Shown: positions 1 through 11,318 of the stretch, piece after piece
Position numbering within the stretch: position 1 is the first letter of the stretch
How the letters are laid out: every line of letters starts with the position of its first letter
Origin: Corallochytrium limacisporum Hawaii
Lineage: Eukaryota; Protista; Pluriformea
Length of the DNA: 64,000 nucleotides
Direction of reading: 5' to 3'
NCBI GenBank assembly: GCA_002811645.1
Contig: PDIP01000039.1
Location: 173,672-237,671 of the forward strand
Notes under the pieces: model-generated
Seen by the model: the letters and a program-made list of their open reading frames with translations, nothing else
Told to the model about the DNA's origin: nothing
Databases searched by the model: none
Program-made: the position numbers and the translations under genes

Positions 1-262
1 ATTTTGTCCGATCTGATATCACACTCGTTGACCCGTTTGAGTCTCCTGTGTGGCTAGAGACTCGGATAAGAGCAGATAAGTTCACTCCTGACAAAGACTG
101 TTTTATAGTTCGCTGAATTTTTGGGCTCGACGGGAGAAAAGAACTTCTCTGCGATGACTCCACCGAAGGTGGGTGTGCAACACTCCTTGATTGCTCTGAT
201 CCCCGCGACCTCATGCGACCGTTGACTGTTCCAGCCGAAGCATCCTCCGGTTTGCCTACCAT
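1..262 (-). CDS. Partial ORF (N-terminus of an unknown Ser-rich protein) running off the window edge
   Basis: Manual translation from ATG at 262 gives MVGKPEDASAGTVNGRMRSRG...SVISDRTK, with no stop before position 1. It is divergent from ZIP7, like other gene pairs here. Not in the supplied ORF track. Confidence 0.4.
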   Translation of the reverse strand, partial: MVGKPEDASAGTVNGRMRSRGSEQSRSVAHPPSVESSQRSSFLPSSPKIQRTIKQSLSGVNLSALIRVSSHTGDSNGSTSVISDRTK

Positions 263-1064
263 TCTTGTAATTCCTGGAAATTATGGTGCACCCCTGTTGT
301 TCATTGTCACTGTGTTTTTCATTGTGTTTGTCATCGTGTTGGGTTTGGCCAAGAGGACTCGTTTGGTGCTACCACTACACCGCGTACTTTTTCCAACGAA
401 CTCAACTATGATCGCTGCACAGTTGTTGCCATTCATCCGCACATATTACCCTGTAATAGCTTTCTCTTCTGCTCTGCTTAAGGCCAACCGTGAAGGCTAA
501 TTGCCGTCCAGGCGAGCTTCTCGGGCAAAGGCACAATTGTCCGAAGTACACGATTGGTGTCAGGCTGTGTAGGAAGGTTGGGTTTCACCCGGTTCCCTCT
601 TTCCAACCGGCACCCTTCAGCCATTCGTATAATCGGGAGTCTATTTAAACACTCACCGAGAACCCCGGGGGGGGGGGGAGAACCCCGGAGGGGGTAAGGA
701 TCTGTTGGAGATGGCCCACGGTGTGGCCCCCGTCGATCGCAAAGTGGCGCATTTAGTTTTTATTTGGGTGGCGCGGCCATTTGGGCCCCCTGACAGTGCT
801 CTGCTGCAGAGAGGTTTCAACGGCCGTGGCGGTTTCGTGGCAAAAAGGGGAGGGGGAGAGGAACTGGGGGTGAGGAAGGCGGATTCTCTTTTTGTTGTGC
901 TTTTTGATTGTGAGTGGTTCTCCACACGCAGAGTATCTTCTATACGGAAAGATGTCCTGAAACCGGGTTCTGAAACCGGGTATTTCGAGGCAGTTTTCAT
1001 AATGACAATGATGAATCCTCCTTGGCGATATGGATTTTCCTTAACTCTACGGGATAGAATCAAC

Positions 1065-2315
1065 ATGATGAGGATACACAAGCCCTGGACGACAGGGTTG
1101 TGCGTGCTGTTCGCTCTGGTGTTCCTAGCAGGACTACTGGCAGTCGACGCAAAGGATGTTGGCGGAAAGGGGCCCAGCATGGATGGAGAGCTCCTGCGAC
1201 AATTAAAGGCCAGCTGGGCAAAATTCAAGGCCCACAGTGAGAAGTTCTTCGACGCGAATCCCCTGCTGAGCCTTAAGGGCATTGATGAAAGCGCAGAGCA
1301 AGTCGCCGAATACCTGCACAACAATGTCGCCGGTACAATCACCGAAGCCATGGAACGGTCCATGGATTTGGTGCGGGGCCGAGGCGCTGAGGAACTTCCT
1401 CTTCCAGTAAAGGCTTTGCTTGCCACAGCAGCGATCAGCAGCGCACCTACACTCCTTGTTATGCTTATCCCAGTCGGGTCGAACATCGACGATTCCACGA
1501 TCTTGAAGTTTTTATTGAGTTTTGCAGTAGGAGGCCTGCTCGGTGATGTTTTCCTGCATCTTTTGCCCCATAGTGGTGCTATGGGAGGACACCACGACGA
1601 TCATCACGGCGATCATCACGGCGGTCATCACGGCGGTCACCACAACGATCATCACGATGGTCATCACGACGACCACCACGGTCATGACCACAGCCACGAT
1701 CTCAACGGTGGACTGCTGATTCTTGCTGGCATTGCAGCATTTTTCTTCCTGGAACTTCTCACTCGTTGGCTTCAGCTAGTTTTGACAGGTAAGAGCGGGC
1801 ACGGACACAGTCACGAGAATGGTCCAAAGCAAGTCAATGCCGCAGGGAAGAAGAAGATGGGCAGTGCTGCCTTGCTCAACATGCTTGCAGATTTTGCTCA
1901 CAATGTAACTGACGGCATGGCCATCGGCGCAGCGTTCAGCATCTCAGAAACTGCTGGCTACAGCACGACCGCAGCCATCTTCTTCCACGAAGTTCCTCAT
2001 GAAGTTGGCGACATCGCCATCCTCATTGAGTCCGGCTATTCAAAGTTTGCTGCCATGGCAATTCAATTCATGACTGCAGCAGGAGCGATGTTGGGTACTT
2101 ACTTGGGCTTGGAGGCTGCTGCTGCCGGAGCAGCAACCGGTGGTGTGGACTGGGTAGCACCCTTCACGGCAGGTGGGTTCATCTACATCGCGACAGCAGC
2201 CATCATTCCTGATCTGCTGGAGAGTGTCTCCTTTTTGCGAATCATCCTCTACATGTTGGGCATGTATCTCGGAGTGTTTGGCATGGTGGTTGTCGCCAAG
2301 CTGGAAGCATTGTAG
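1065..2315 (+). CDS. SLC39A7: ZIP7/KE4-type (LIV-1 subfamily) zinc transporter
   Basis: Motifs LSFAVGGLLGDVFLHLLPH, His-rich loop, LNMLADFAHNVTDG, HEVPHEVGD, FTAGGFIYIA. Start placed at ATG 1065, before a signal peptide. Confidence 0.92.
   Translation: MMRIHKPWTTGLCVLFALVFLAGLLAVDAKDVGGKGPSMDGELLRQLKASWAKFKAHSEKFFDANPLLSLKGIDESAEQVAEYLHNNVAGTITEAMERSMDLVRGRGAEELPLPVKALLATAAISSAPTLLVMLIPVGSNIDDSTILKFLLSFAVGGLLGDVFLHLLPHSGAMGGHHDDHHGDHHGGHHGGHHNDHHDGHHDDHHGHDHSHDLNGGLLILAGIAAFFFLELLTRWLQLVLTGKSGHGHSHENGPKQVNAAGKKKMGSAALLNMLADFAHNVTDGMAIGAAFSISETAGYSTTAAIFFHEVPHEVGDIAILIESGYSKFAAMAIQFMTAAGAMLGTYLGLEAAAAGAATGGVDWVAPFTAGGFIYIATAAIIPDLLESVSFLRIILYMLGMYLGVFGMVVVAKLEAL
1592..1700 (+). repeat. Coding 12-bp-period repeat giving (HHxD/HHGG)n His-rich loop
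   Basis: GATCATCACGGC-like units; protein HHDDHHGDHHGGHHGGHHNDHHDGHHDDHHGHDHSH. Confidence 0.85.
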
Positions 2316-2380
2316 AGCACATGATACTACATCGTCATCGTCAGTAACAATAATTTATTAAATGCTCCAGTACTGACCCT

Positions 2381-3130
2381 TTATGTTACATTAAGTCTAC
2401 CAATCTTGACCTCAGCATCGGCCCGCAATGCCTTTTGCATCAAACGTGCACTCTCAAGGCAACCTTGAATTGCCATATTGAGCACTTGAGGGAACTTCGT
2501 ACTGTGGACCCGACTTTCCATGTGAATGCCTACTAACTTCTTTGATGACGGCAAAGTGGAAACAACAAGGTTCGGACCTCCACTACCCTCCTCCATATAG
2601 TTCAAGTCTATCACTGGCTGTCCATCCAAGATAGATGCCGAGCAAGCCGCCACAATGTCCTTCATGGGAACTCCGCTACTAATCAAAGCCAAGGAAGCCG
2701 CATTGATAGCTGCGGCCCGAATACCTCCATCACTCTGCAGGATCTCAATGTAGATGTTGACCTTAGTCCGTGGGTACAAATGTGTCAGAATGGCCCCATT
2801 GAAAGTTTGCTCAATTGCAAGTTCCAGTTCCCTACTCCGCTTTCCGCCCTTGCCACTGCGACGCAGACGTTCCATGCTGCTAAAGCGGGCAACACTCAGT
2901 TCGCACGACACCGTCAGCCGATCAGTGTCACCCCCAAACGCACTAGCTTCCTTTGGACCCGCGACGATGCAAATAATCTTGGTATTTCCTTGCTCCAAAT
3001 ATGCAGAACCGTCAACTTCCCCATCATCTGACTGAAATACTCCCAGTTTGCACTCAAATCGACGCAGTTCCTGCGGTCGGCGGCCATCGAGCCGCAGCCC
3101 ATCTGGTGAGATGAACTCTTGCCGTGACAT
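2381..3130 (-). CDS. EXOSC4: Exosome core RNase PH-like subunit Rrp41
   Basis: SPDGLRLDGRRPQELR, DGSAYLEQGNTK, AILTHLYPRTKVNIYIEILQSDGG, DLNYMEE. Confidence 0.93.
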   Translation of the reverse strand: MSRQEFISPDGLRLDGRRPQELRRFECKLGVFQSDDGEVDGSAYLEQGNTKIICIVAGPKEASAFGGDTDRLTVSCELSVARFSSMERLRRSGKGGKRSRELELAIEQTFNGAILTHLYPRTKVNIYIEILQSDGGIRAAAINAASLALISSGVPMKDIVAACSASILDGQPVIDLNYMEEGSGGPNLVVSTLPSSKKLVGIHMESRVHSTKFPQVLNMAIQGCLESARLMQKALRADAEVKIGRLNVT

Positions 3131-4514
3131 GGCAATCTATCTGAATATGTTCAGTTCTGCTACTGGTCTGGATGTTTCAGAGTTTCTGATGAAGCAATTT
3201 CATTGTTCTACCCGCAGAATCACGTCGGAAACACATATATCGTCCTTGAAGCTCACCAATTCTCCGCCAACCGAATACCCATCGACCCATATGTACTTTC
3301 AAGCAATACCCCCCCCCCCAACCTCAACCCAGGCGTTTGCACCCTCGCGCTTCGCAAAATAGATGTAACCCTAATCCATCATCAAACCTTAACGATCTTT
3401 CCCAGGACGGCACGGTTCTCGGCAGCCATAAAACAGTCGTGACCGGAACGGGTTCGGCAGACCCATCACTTCTTGCCAAAGTCTAATTATTTTGCGCCTT
3501 CGCTTGTGGCCAAAATGTTTGTGCGCTAAGAAAGCAAATACAACTATCTCTTGTCGCGGGGGTGTCTATGAGAGTGGCGAGGGCTTCCGCTATGTGATGT
3601 CACAGGCGAATGGTGGCTGTTGCTCCGCCGGCGGGTCTGTGGTTGGTCCGCCGCTTATTCTGAAGCGTACACAAATGACTCTTGGTCAGGTGCTAGACAG
3701 AGATTAATCAACCCATAAAGAAGATTGACTGCACTTGCAAAGCCCTTTGGCTCTGTACCGTCCTCTCCATTGGAGCAAGGCATCCACACATTTTACTACC
3801 GTAACCGATTGCTTGTAGTGGAGCCTTGGCCGTCCAGAGATGGGATAGATGGCGAGCTAAGAACACAGGATGACCGCCCCCCTTCCTTTGTTTCAGCCCG
3901 GGTTGGTGGTCCCCGGGTTTTACACTTTGTTTTTGTTTTGCCTTGTTTGTTGTTTCCCTTCCCCGGTGTAGGAGAACTCCGAACCCACCCGTGAAAATCT
4001 GTGCCACTTGGGGCACACTGACTCAGCGAGTGGCTCACCCCGTCCGTGGCGCTTCGTGCACACACCCGAGGGTTAGAGTGCGGCAAGCATAAACGGAGAG
4101 ATGGGACGTGTACGACTTATATACATAAATAACTAAATCTAATCGGTACATGTCCCAAAGGTGTCATGACGAAGGCGATCCACAGTGGGAACTTTTGTCC
4201 TCTGCTTCGAGCTTCCTCCGCTGCCTTCACAATCAAAGTTAGGGGAAGAAAGCTGGGGTCTCCCGTCTCTCCACAAAGTGAGTTTTGTTATGGAGCGCGG
4301 CTTGATTGCCGAAGTTTGGGAAACCGGTTTGTTCGGCTCTAGAGTGTGGATAAGTCGTGTCGCTGCTATCGAATGGACAGGGATGGTACCTGATGATCTA
4401 CAATGCGGATGTTTTTCGAAACCTTTGTGCAGTTCATTTGTGTCCGCAACGAAAAAGGCTCGGGAAGCTGACCGATCGCAGTATACGACCACCGGGCAAA
4501 ACAATAGATACAAT

Positions 4515-5957
4515 ATGAGTACTCTTTTGCGTCGCAACTCTGTTGAGGATGCGGAAGTTGCTGTTCGCAGTGCAGGTCTGCGCGCACAGTCTCGCAACAT
4601 TCGTTTAACAGATATTCCATGGGATAGCTATGCCAACAGCAACATAATCAGTCGGGAGGATGCGGAGAACATTAAAATGATCGACAAACTGGATGTCGAT
4701 AGGCAAAAGCGTCTGTTTGAGAAGCAGGCGTCCGTATATGCACGCTTGTTTATGAGTCTGCTCACGAAGGTTAACAAAGAGAGCGTTATTCAGTATGTAC
4801 TTACCATGCTCGACGATATTCTAGCGGAAGGCAAAGCATGCGTGAGGGCTTTTCTGCAGATGCGTGATCAGAACTCCAGCCTGCCCTACCAGCCGATGTT
4901 TGATCTGATGAAGCGCAATGACGTGTATACCAAACACACTGCGGCCAAGGTAATCTCTGAAATGATGGAGTTCGACAATGATGGTATGGCTGAGGAAGAT
5001 CAACAGTTCTACTTGTCTTGGATCAGTGAGCACTTGCGCCAGCGGGATGAGCAACAGGTTCAAGAGGTTGTGATGTGTCTACAGCACCTTCTTCGCAAGG
5101 ACTCATACCGTGTACTTTTTGCTAAGGGCACCCGTGGTGTTGAGACCCTTCTCGACGTTCTCACCAACCGGAAACCAAACTTCCAGATGCAGTACCAACT
5201 TCTGTTCTGCCTATGGCTCCTCTCCTTCAACAAAGAGGTTGTCAAGTACCTAGAGGGCACTCCCATTGTCTCTCGTTTGGCTGACATTCTCCGTAGCTCA
5301 TCAAAGGAAAAAGTGTCACGCATTGCTCTGAGCATTTGTCGCAACCTCCTCGAGAAGAGTCAGAGCGAGGAGCCTCGCCTGCGCCGGAAGCGTGGAGACA
5401 CTGAGGCCGATCAGATTGCTGTTAAGATGCTGAATGCCAAGATTTTGCACACCGTCCGCACCATGGAAACTCGTCAGTGGGCCGACGAAGATGTCCCCGA
5501 TGATCTGGAGGCCATCCGCACGAAACTTGAAGATGCCTTGGAGGCTATGACAAGCTTTGATCTTTACGCTGCTGAAGTCCGCAGTGGACGACTGGAATGG
5601 TCTCCTGTTCACCGCAGCGAGAAATTCTGGTATGAGAATGTCGAACTGTTCAACGAGAAGAGCCATGAGCTTCTGAAATTGCTGATTGAAGTTGTTAGCA
5701 CATCCGACGACCCCACGGTGCTGGCTGTTGGCTGCCATGACCTGGGTGAATACGTGCGCCACTATCCGTTCGGTAAGAAGGCTTTGGACGAACTAGGTGG
5801 TAAGGACACCATCATGGCCCTGATGAATCACTCCGACACGGCTGTCCGCTATGAGGCTCTTCTTGCCATCCAAAAGATGATGCTCAACAATTGGGAAGTG
5901 ACCGGAAAAATGGCCGAGGGTGTGGTCAAGGGCATTGTCGGCGTGAAGTCATCGTAA
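4515..5957 (+). CDS. ATP6V1H: V-type ATPase V1 subunit H
   Basis: IPWDSY, QMQYQLLFCLWLLSFN, KEKVSRI, SFDLYAAEVRSGRLEWSPVHRSEKFWYEN, VRYEALLAIQK. First ATG at 4515. Confidence 0.95.
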   Translation: MSTLLRRNSVEDAEVAVRSAGLRAQSRNIRLTDIPWDSYANSNIISREDAENIKMIDKLDVDRQKRLFEKQASVYARLFMSLLTKVNKESVIQYVLTMLDDILAEGKACVRAFLQMRDQNSSLPYQPMFDLMKRNDVYTKHTAAKVISEMMEFDNDGMAEEDQQFYLSWISEHLRQRDEQQVQEVVMCLQHLLRKDSYRVLFAKGTRGVETLLDVLTNRKPNFQMQYQLLFCLWLLSFNKEVVKYLEGTPIVSRLADILRSSSKEKVSRIALSICRNLLEKSQSEEPRLRRKRGDTEADQIAVKMLNAKILHTVRTMETRQWADEDVPDDLEAIRTKLEDALEAMTSFDLYAAEVRSGRLEWSPVHRSEKFWYENVELFNEKSHELLKLLIEVVSTSDDPTVLAVGCHDLGEYVRHYPFGKKALDELGGKDTIMALMNHSDTAVRYEALLAIQKMMLNNWEVTGKMAEGVVKGIVGVKSS

Positions 5958-6126
5958 GTCTCATCTCTGTTCCTCATATTCGTATAACTCCTGAAAACAT
6001 TCGGCGGATGTAATCCCGCCTCACTCGTGTACATAAGAATGGATCTCGTTGCGAGGACTTGCACCTCAATCCAATAGAAATCGTAAACTTGCAGAATTTA
6101 TAGCTATGATACTGTACTGATTTAGT

Positions 6127-6990
6127 CTAGGTTTCTGGCTGCTTTGCATCGGCCACTCTCTTACGCAGCTCGATACGCAGATTGGCAACCGTTCTTCGGA
6201 GGTCTTCGCGGCCAACCTGACTAGCCATGGAAATCTGTTCGAAGGCTATCGTCTCATTATTGTCATCTAGAACGTAGGTGTGATGCCCACCCGCAGCATC
6301 CTCTTCTTCATATGTAGGGTCGAACAAAACGGTGTGATCGTCCCAGATGCGAAAAGTCACCGCTAGTGGACATCGCTTCAGCAAGTTGGAAGCCGATGTC
6401 GCTGTTCCAGTCCTCTGGAAAACACCGTCAACAATGTCTACAGACGGTAGAGCTAGATTAAGTAGAGCAGCACTGGCAGCAAGGAAAGCTGCATCGCATA
6501 CATTTCCTGCATCGTTCAAAACCATGAGATCCACACTAATTATCCACTGCGCTCCGCAGTCTTCTAGGACAAGCTTCGAGTAGTCCAAAGTGTCTGGATT
6601 GCAATAGCTTTCCTGCAAAAGTCTGCTTAGCGATTGTGCATCATCAGGAGGTATACCAGGTGCAATATCTGGCCGGCAGAGAGGTGTATACTCCAGGTTG
6701 ATGACCACAGACTCTGGTTCAGGAAGATTTCCCTCATCTGCTCCTGGAAACTCCGCGATCTGACAGGTCACCCCACAGACAACAAGCGTGCTTCCCAGTC
6801 TTACCAACGCGCTTGCTTCTGCACTGCCCCCGAGTCCATTAACTTCTATTACTATGTGTCTATATTCCAGGAAGCTACGTCCATCGGTCCGTTTGTTACT
6901 GTCAATGAACCGCTGCACAAATCTGCGAGGGTGTACCCGACGGAAAACCTCAATTCGGGTTTCCGAGTCCTGCTGATCAGTATTCGCCAT
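6127..6990 (-). CDS. EXOSC8: Exosome core subunit Rrp43-like
   Basis: FRRVHPRRFVQRFI..KRTDGR, SALVRLGSTLVVCGV, DAGNVCDAAFLA..AAL..L.LP, DPTYEEE. Confidence 0.82.
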   Translation of the reverse strand: MANTDQQDSETRIEVFRRVHPRRFVQRFIDSNKRTDGRSFLEYRHIVIEVNGLGGSAEASALVRLGSTLVVCGVTCQIAEFPGADEGNLPEPESVVINLEYTPLCRPDIAPGIPPDDAQSLSRLLQESYCNPDTLDYSKLVLEDCGAQWIISVDLMVLNDAGNVCDAAFLAASAALLNLALPSVDIVDGVFQRTGTATSASNLLKRCPLAVTFRIWDDHTVLFDPTYEEEDAAGGHHTYVLDDNNETIAFEQISMASQVGREDLRRTVANLRIELRKRVADAKQPET

Positions 6991-7784
6991 GTTGAAAGTT
7001 CATACAGAGCTACATATCACCTACATTTTCTCATTGCGATCGGTACAGAAACGAATGCTTCAGCTGTTTGGACGGAATATGGACATGTGCGCATTAAACT
7101 ACCCTGGCGCGCGGTCCGAGCAGACCCCGTGCGGCCTCCCCCCTCAACACCTCCACCACCCCAGCTTCCAGCGGGGTCGTCCCTATAGTCCCAGTAGGCC
7201 GCTTCTGACGTGTGGTACATTGTGTACTAGGAAATTTCGACTCGAGTTCCTCCCCCCTCAACGAAAATGTACCAGAGACTAACGGGGTGGTATAACCCCG
7301 CGGCGAAAAAGCCACTTTAGCGCTTGCAAACTTAAGGTTGGGAGCGGGCGGGTCTGTGGAACCGGCCCGGGTCGGAATGCCCCCTTCGCTGGGCAGTAAG
7401 GTTAGCCCCTAGCTAAACCGCAACAACAAAAAGGAAGCAGATTTCCATAGTGCCGGGGCCCAACCTGGACAGGCGACAGACAGTAGTGCTTTAATGGGGG
7501 GGAGGGGAGCGCAGAGAAGGAAAGGAGATGTTGGGCGAACGCCTATTGGTGGTCTTTCTTTTCTTTCAGAGTCCCTACGGTCCTTATTGTGATACGTCAT
7601 GCTGGATCTAGAGATGGGCGGTGCCGGTTGTTTGGGGTCCATCGTGATCGTTTCGCGACTGGAATTGTCATGTATTGTCGTCGGAGCTGACCTACTTAAG
7701 CTTAGAAGGTGTCAGGGAATGTGAAGCAAAGATCATGCTGGTAGAGATGTTTCTCGGTAGTCATCAGTAGAACCGTATTAAACC

Positions 7785-10166
7785 ATGAGCAAGGGAAGCG
7801 TGGCTATCTTCACCTCTGGTGGTGATGCTCAGGGCATGAACGCGGCAGTTCGCAGCGCCGCCCTCACTGCTCTATCCCATGGCGTGGAAGTGTATGTCGT
7901 GCGTGAGGGGTACCAGGGACTTGTAGATGACATCATTGAGCCTGTCGAGTGGGACGACTATTATGGTGTGATCGGTAAGGGAGGCACCGTAATCGGAACT
8001 GCTCGTTGTGAAGAATTCCGCCATCGTTCAGGTCGTATGAAAGCAGCAATGCACTTGGTTAACCGCGGCATCAATAAGCTTGTTATTGTTGGTGGTGATG
8101 GTTCTCTGACTGGTGCGGATATCTTCCGCCAAGAATGGAGTGGTCTCTTGGAAGAGCTTCATGAGAACGGGCTCATTACTGAAAATCAGAGGGAAACCTT
8201 TACACATTTGCATATGTGCGGTCTGGTTGGATCCATTGACAACGATATGTGTGGTACCGATCTGACCATTGGTGCCAACAGTGCTTTGCATCGAATTCAG
8301 GAGGCCGTCGATGCCATTTACTCCACAGCTGCGTCTCATCAGCGCAGCTTTGTTCTGGAGGTTATGGGACGCAACTGTGGCTATCTCGCTCTTACTGCTG
8401 CGATTGCCAACGGTGCTGATTTTGTGTTAATCCCTGAATCCCCGCCGGACACGGAAGACTGGGCGGAAATGATGTGCCAGCAGGTGCAAAAGGGCCGCGC
8501 CTCCGGACGTCGCATGTCCCTGGTCATTATGGCAGAGGGTGCTGTCGATATTAAAGGCAACCGTATCGATGCAAATATGGTTAAGGCCGCTTTGGAAGAT
8601 CGTCTGGGTCACGACACTAGGATCACTATTCTGGGTCATGTGCAGCGCGGTGGCCGTCCTACTGCTGTGGATCGCATGATTGCGACCGAAATGGCTTTCG
8701 AAGCTGTGAAAACAGTTCTGCAATCAAAGCCCGGAGATCCCGCTTGTTTCATCGGTATGGACAATATCGAAATGGTGAAGCGTGACCTTAAGAGCAACGT
8801 TGCTTTAACTAAGGCCGTAAACCAGGCTATGAAGGAGTTGGATTTTAAGAAGGCCGTTGAGCTACGTGGTCCTGCATTCAAGGATGATCTCAATATACTT
8901 GTGCAGGTAAACGGAGTAAGCCAGCCGGGAGACGTAGATACTATCCACAACCATCTCGGGGCCCAACGGTCATCCAACGTCAACGTTGCAAGCACCGTTC
9001 AGTTCCTGAATGCCGATGGTCAGGAAGATCACAAGTTCAGAGTCGGTATCATCTGTTGTGGCGCACCGGCCGCTGGCATGAACTCTGCCATTCGTGGTGC
9101 TGTGCGCATGGCACTTCAGGAGGGCATGGAGGTGTACGGTATCCGTGACGGTTACTCGGGCCTTGCCGATGGGCAAATTGAACAAATGGATTGGAAGAGT
9201 GTGGAAGGTTGGGTGAATCGTGGTGGTTGTGACCTTGGTACCAACCGGGATCTGCCGAAGCCAATCATGTTTGATATTGCTGAAAACATCAGCCGTCATG
9301 GTATCAATGGTTTAATTATCATTGGTGGGTTTGAAGCCTATGAAGGTGCTTTGCAGATCCTCCGTGCTCGTGAGCAGTACCATCCGCTCACCATTCCCAT
9401 TGTCTGCATTCCTGCCACGATCTCCAACAATGTACCAGGTACAGAGTTCAGCCTGGGTTCTGACACTGCCCTGAATGCCATCATGGACGCAGGTGACCGT
9501 ATTCGTCTCAGTGCCAGTGCATCCCGGCGTCGTGTGTTCTTTGTTGAAACCCACGGAGGCTACTGCGGCTATCTGGCTACGACTGGAGCCGTAGTTACCG
9601 GAGCAGAACGCGCGTACACGTGGGAAGAAGGTGTGAACATCCGTATGCTGCTGACCGATCTCGAACACTGCATCTCTCGTTTTGATGAAGGCAGCGACTG
9701 CGCCATCTACCTGCGCAATGAGAAGTGTTCAACTGCGTATACAATCGACTTCATGCATAAGCTTTTCGAAGCCGAGGCTGCGAAAAGATTCACCGCTCGT
9801 TACAATGTCCTTGGTCATCTCCAGCAGGGTGGCCGACCTTCTACTCTTGACCGTGAACGCGGTACCAAGATCAGTGTCAAGGCCGTGCAGTGGATGAAGG
9901 AACGCTGTCTGCACCACTACGAAGGCTTCAAGAACCAGAAGGTCAAGGTGACTTGCAAGGGAGAGGAGGCTGCTGTCATGGCCGGTTTCATTGGCAACGG
10001 CATTCGCTTCACAAACCTGGAAGACTGTGCGCGTCGCACAGACTTCAAGCACCGCATTCCCAAGGATCATTGGTGGCGCCGATACGAACCCATGATCCGG
10101 ATGCTTGCAAAGTACCAAGCCCTGTCGGGCAAGGAACGCCGCTCATCTCTGGCTTTCTTGGAGTAA
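7785..10166 (+). CDS. PFK: ATP-dependent 6-phosphofructokinase (eukaryotic duplicated type)
   Basis: TSGGDAQGMN, GGDGSLTGA, GSIDND, EVMGRNCG, LGHVQRGG; second half has PATISNNVPG and LGHLQQGG. Confidence 0.97.
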   Translation: MSKGSVAIFTSGGDAQGMNAAVRSAALTALSHGVEVYVVREGYQGLVDDIIEPVEWDDYYGVIGKGGTVIGTARCEEFRHRSGRMKAAMHLVNRGINKLVIVGGDGSLTGADIFRQEWSGLLEELHENGLITENQRETFTHLHMCGLVGSIDNDMCGTDLTIGANSALHRIQEAVDAIYSTAASHQRSFVLEVMGRNCGYLALTAAIANGADFVLIPESPPDTEDWAEMMCQQVQKGRASGRRMSLVIMAEGAVDIKGNRIDANMVKAALEDRLGHDTRITILGHVQRGGRPTAVDRMIATEMAFEAVKTVLQSKPGDPACFIGMDNIEMVKRDLKSNVALTKAVNQAMKELDFKKAVELRGPAFKDDLNILVQVNGVSQPGDVDTIHNHLGAQRSSNVNVASTVQFLNADGQEDHKFRVGIICCGAPAAGMNSAIRGAVRMALQEGMEVYGIRDGYSGLADGQIEQMDWKSVEGWVNRGGCDLGTNRDLPKPIMFDIAENISRHGINGLIIIGGFEAYEGALQILRAREQYHPLTIPIVCIPATISNNVPGTEFSLGSDTALNAIMDAGDRIRLSASASRRRVFFVETHGGYCGYLATTGAVVTGAERAYTWEEGVNIRMLLTDLEHCISRFDEGSDCAIYLRNEKCSTAYTIDFMHKLFEAEAAKRFTARYNVLGHLQQGGRPSTLDRERGTKISVKAVQWMKERCLHHYEGFKNQKVKVTCKGEEAAVMAGFIGNGIRFTNLEDCARRTDFKHRIPKDHWWRRYEPMIRMLAKYQALSGKERRSSLAFLE

Positions 10167-10269
10167 AATGAAACAGACAGAAGGGCTCCGCACACGCAGC
10201 ACTGCCTTTGTACTACTACATGCAACTACGCACTCTATTTGTTAACAACTATATGTGTTGGCAGCCTAC

Positions 10270-10854
10270 TCATTGGGGATGCCTCTCAGACCACGCCAAC
10301 CAGCTGCCGGTGAAATTCTTGACATTTACGAATCCCTTGTCAACCAGAGCCAGTCGGGCCTTCTCGCTCCGCTTACCACTGCGACAGTACACAACTATAT
10401 TGTCGTCCTTCTCGAGCTGTCCATGAAGTTGCTCTGTGTACTTTTTCTTGAGATCCGCGGCATTAAGGTCGACGACATCGCCCAGAGGAACATTTTCTGC
10501 TTTTGGAATAGCGCCAGCAGCAAACTCATCTGGCTCCCGGACGTCAATGAAATGGAAGTCGACCTCTGCACCCTTCGACTTAATGAGCTTCTCCACGGTC
10601 TCAATGTCAATGTGCAGATTATCATCCCGATCGAAGAAGTCCTGCCAGTCCTCACTTCCTGTGCTGTATGCGAATTGCTGAGGAGTCCAACGCTGGTACT
10701 GCAAGGGACGCAAACGAGCAGTCACTGCTGGGGTCATCAGCATGGGCTGAGACAGTATGCGGTATGCGTGACGTGCAAAAATAGTCTGGTTCCTGACCAC
10801 AGGGCGCAGAGCACCCAGCGGCCTCAGCCTTGTAAGCATTCGCAAAGCGGACAT
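10270..10854 (-). CDS. Single-domain rhodanese/sulfurtransferase, probably mitochondrial (Rdl2/TSTD-like)
   Basis: IDVREPDEF..GAIP, VVYCRSGKRS active-site loop, GSWLAW. Arg-rich presequence from ATG 10854; alternative ATG at 10902. Confidence 0.85.
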   Translation of the reverse strand: MSALRMLTRLRPLGALRPVVRNQTIFARHAYRILSQPMLMTPAVTARLRPLQYQRWTPQQFAYSTGSEDWQDFFDRDDNLHIDIETVEKLIKSKGAEVDFHFIDVREPDEFAAGAIPKAENVPLGDVVDLNAADLKKKYTEQLHGQLEKDDNIVVYCRSGKRSEKARLALVDKGFVNVKNFTGSWLAWSERHPQ

Positions 10855-11318
10855 TGTTGATATATCTTGGGTTGATCTCCTTGGTATGGTTGTCTGTTTC
10901 ATATGTGCAATCTAAATTAGGCTTTGACATAAACACCTTCATTGGGTAACAGCACACAGGTGCACTGGGAGCCCACCAAGTCGACAAACTCAGTTGCAGT
11001 CTACAAAGGATGGGAAACCCGCTCCCGTACGGGCCCCGTGACGAGTACGTGTTTGTGTGTGTGTGTGTGTGCTTTTGCTAACCACAGCCCGTCGCAACAA
11101 TTCCGGTACACTTGAAACCCGGAAGTAAATATACCCGTTTGTGAACAGTGGGGGCCTAAGTTGAGCAGGGAAAGGGCTTTTTGGTTGTGGGGGGACGGAT
11201 TGGAGGGTACTTCAGTGGGAACTGTGATCGTGTCGGTCGTTCCGAATCATTGGCCGGTCGTAAACGTACCACTAACGCCCTGTTTGCAACCATGTGGATG
11301 TGACATACAGAAAGGAGT

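Noticed and set aside
705-1064. N-terminal ORF extensions of ZIP7 (also V-ATPase H 4185-4514 and chitin synthase 46257-46307)
   Set aside because: Non-ATG starts from the ORF caller running through promoter-like sequence, with no family similarity
653-1498. Long antisense or alternative-frame ORFs over real genes (also 13471-14262, 44697-45650 and others)
   Set aside because: Shadow ORFs caused by codon bias; no recognisable motifs
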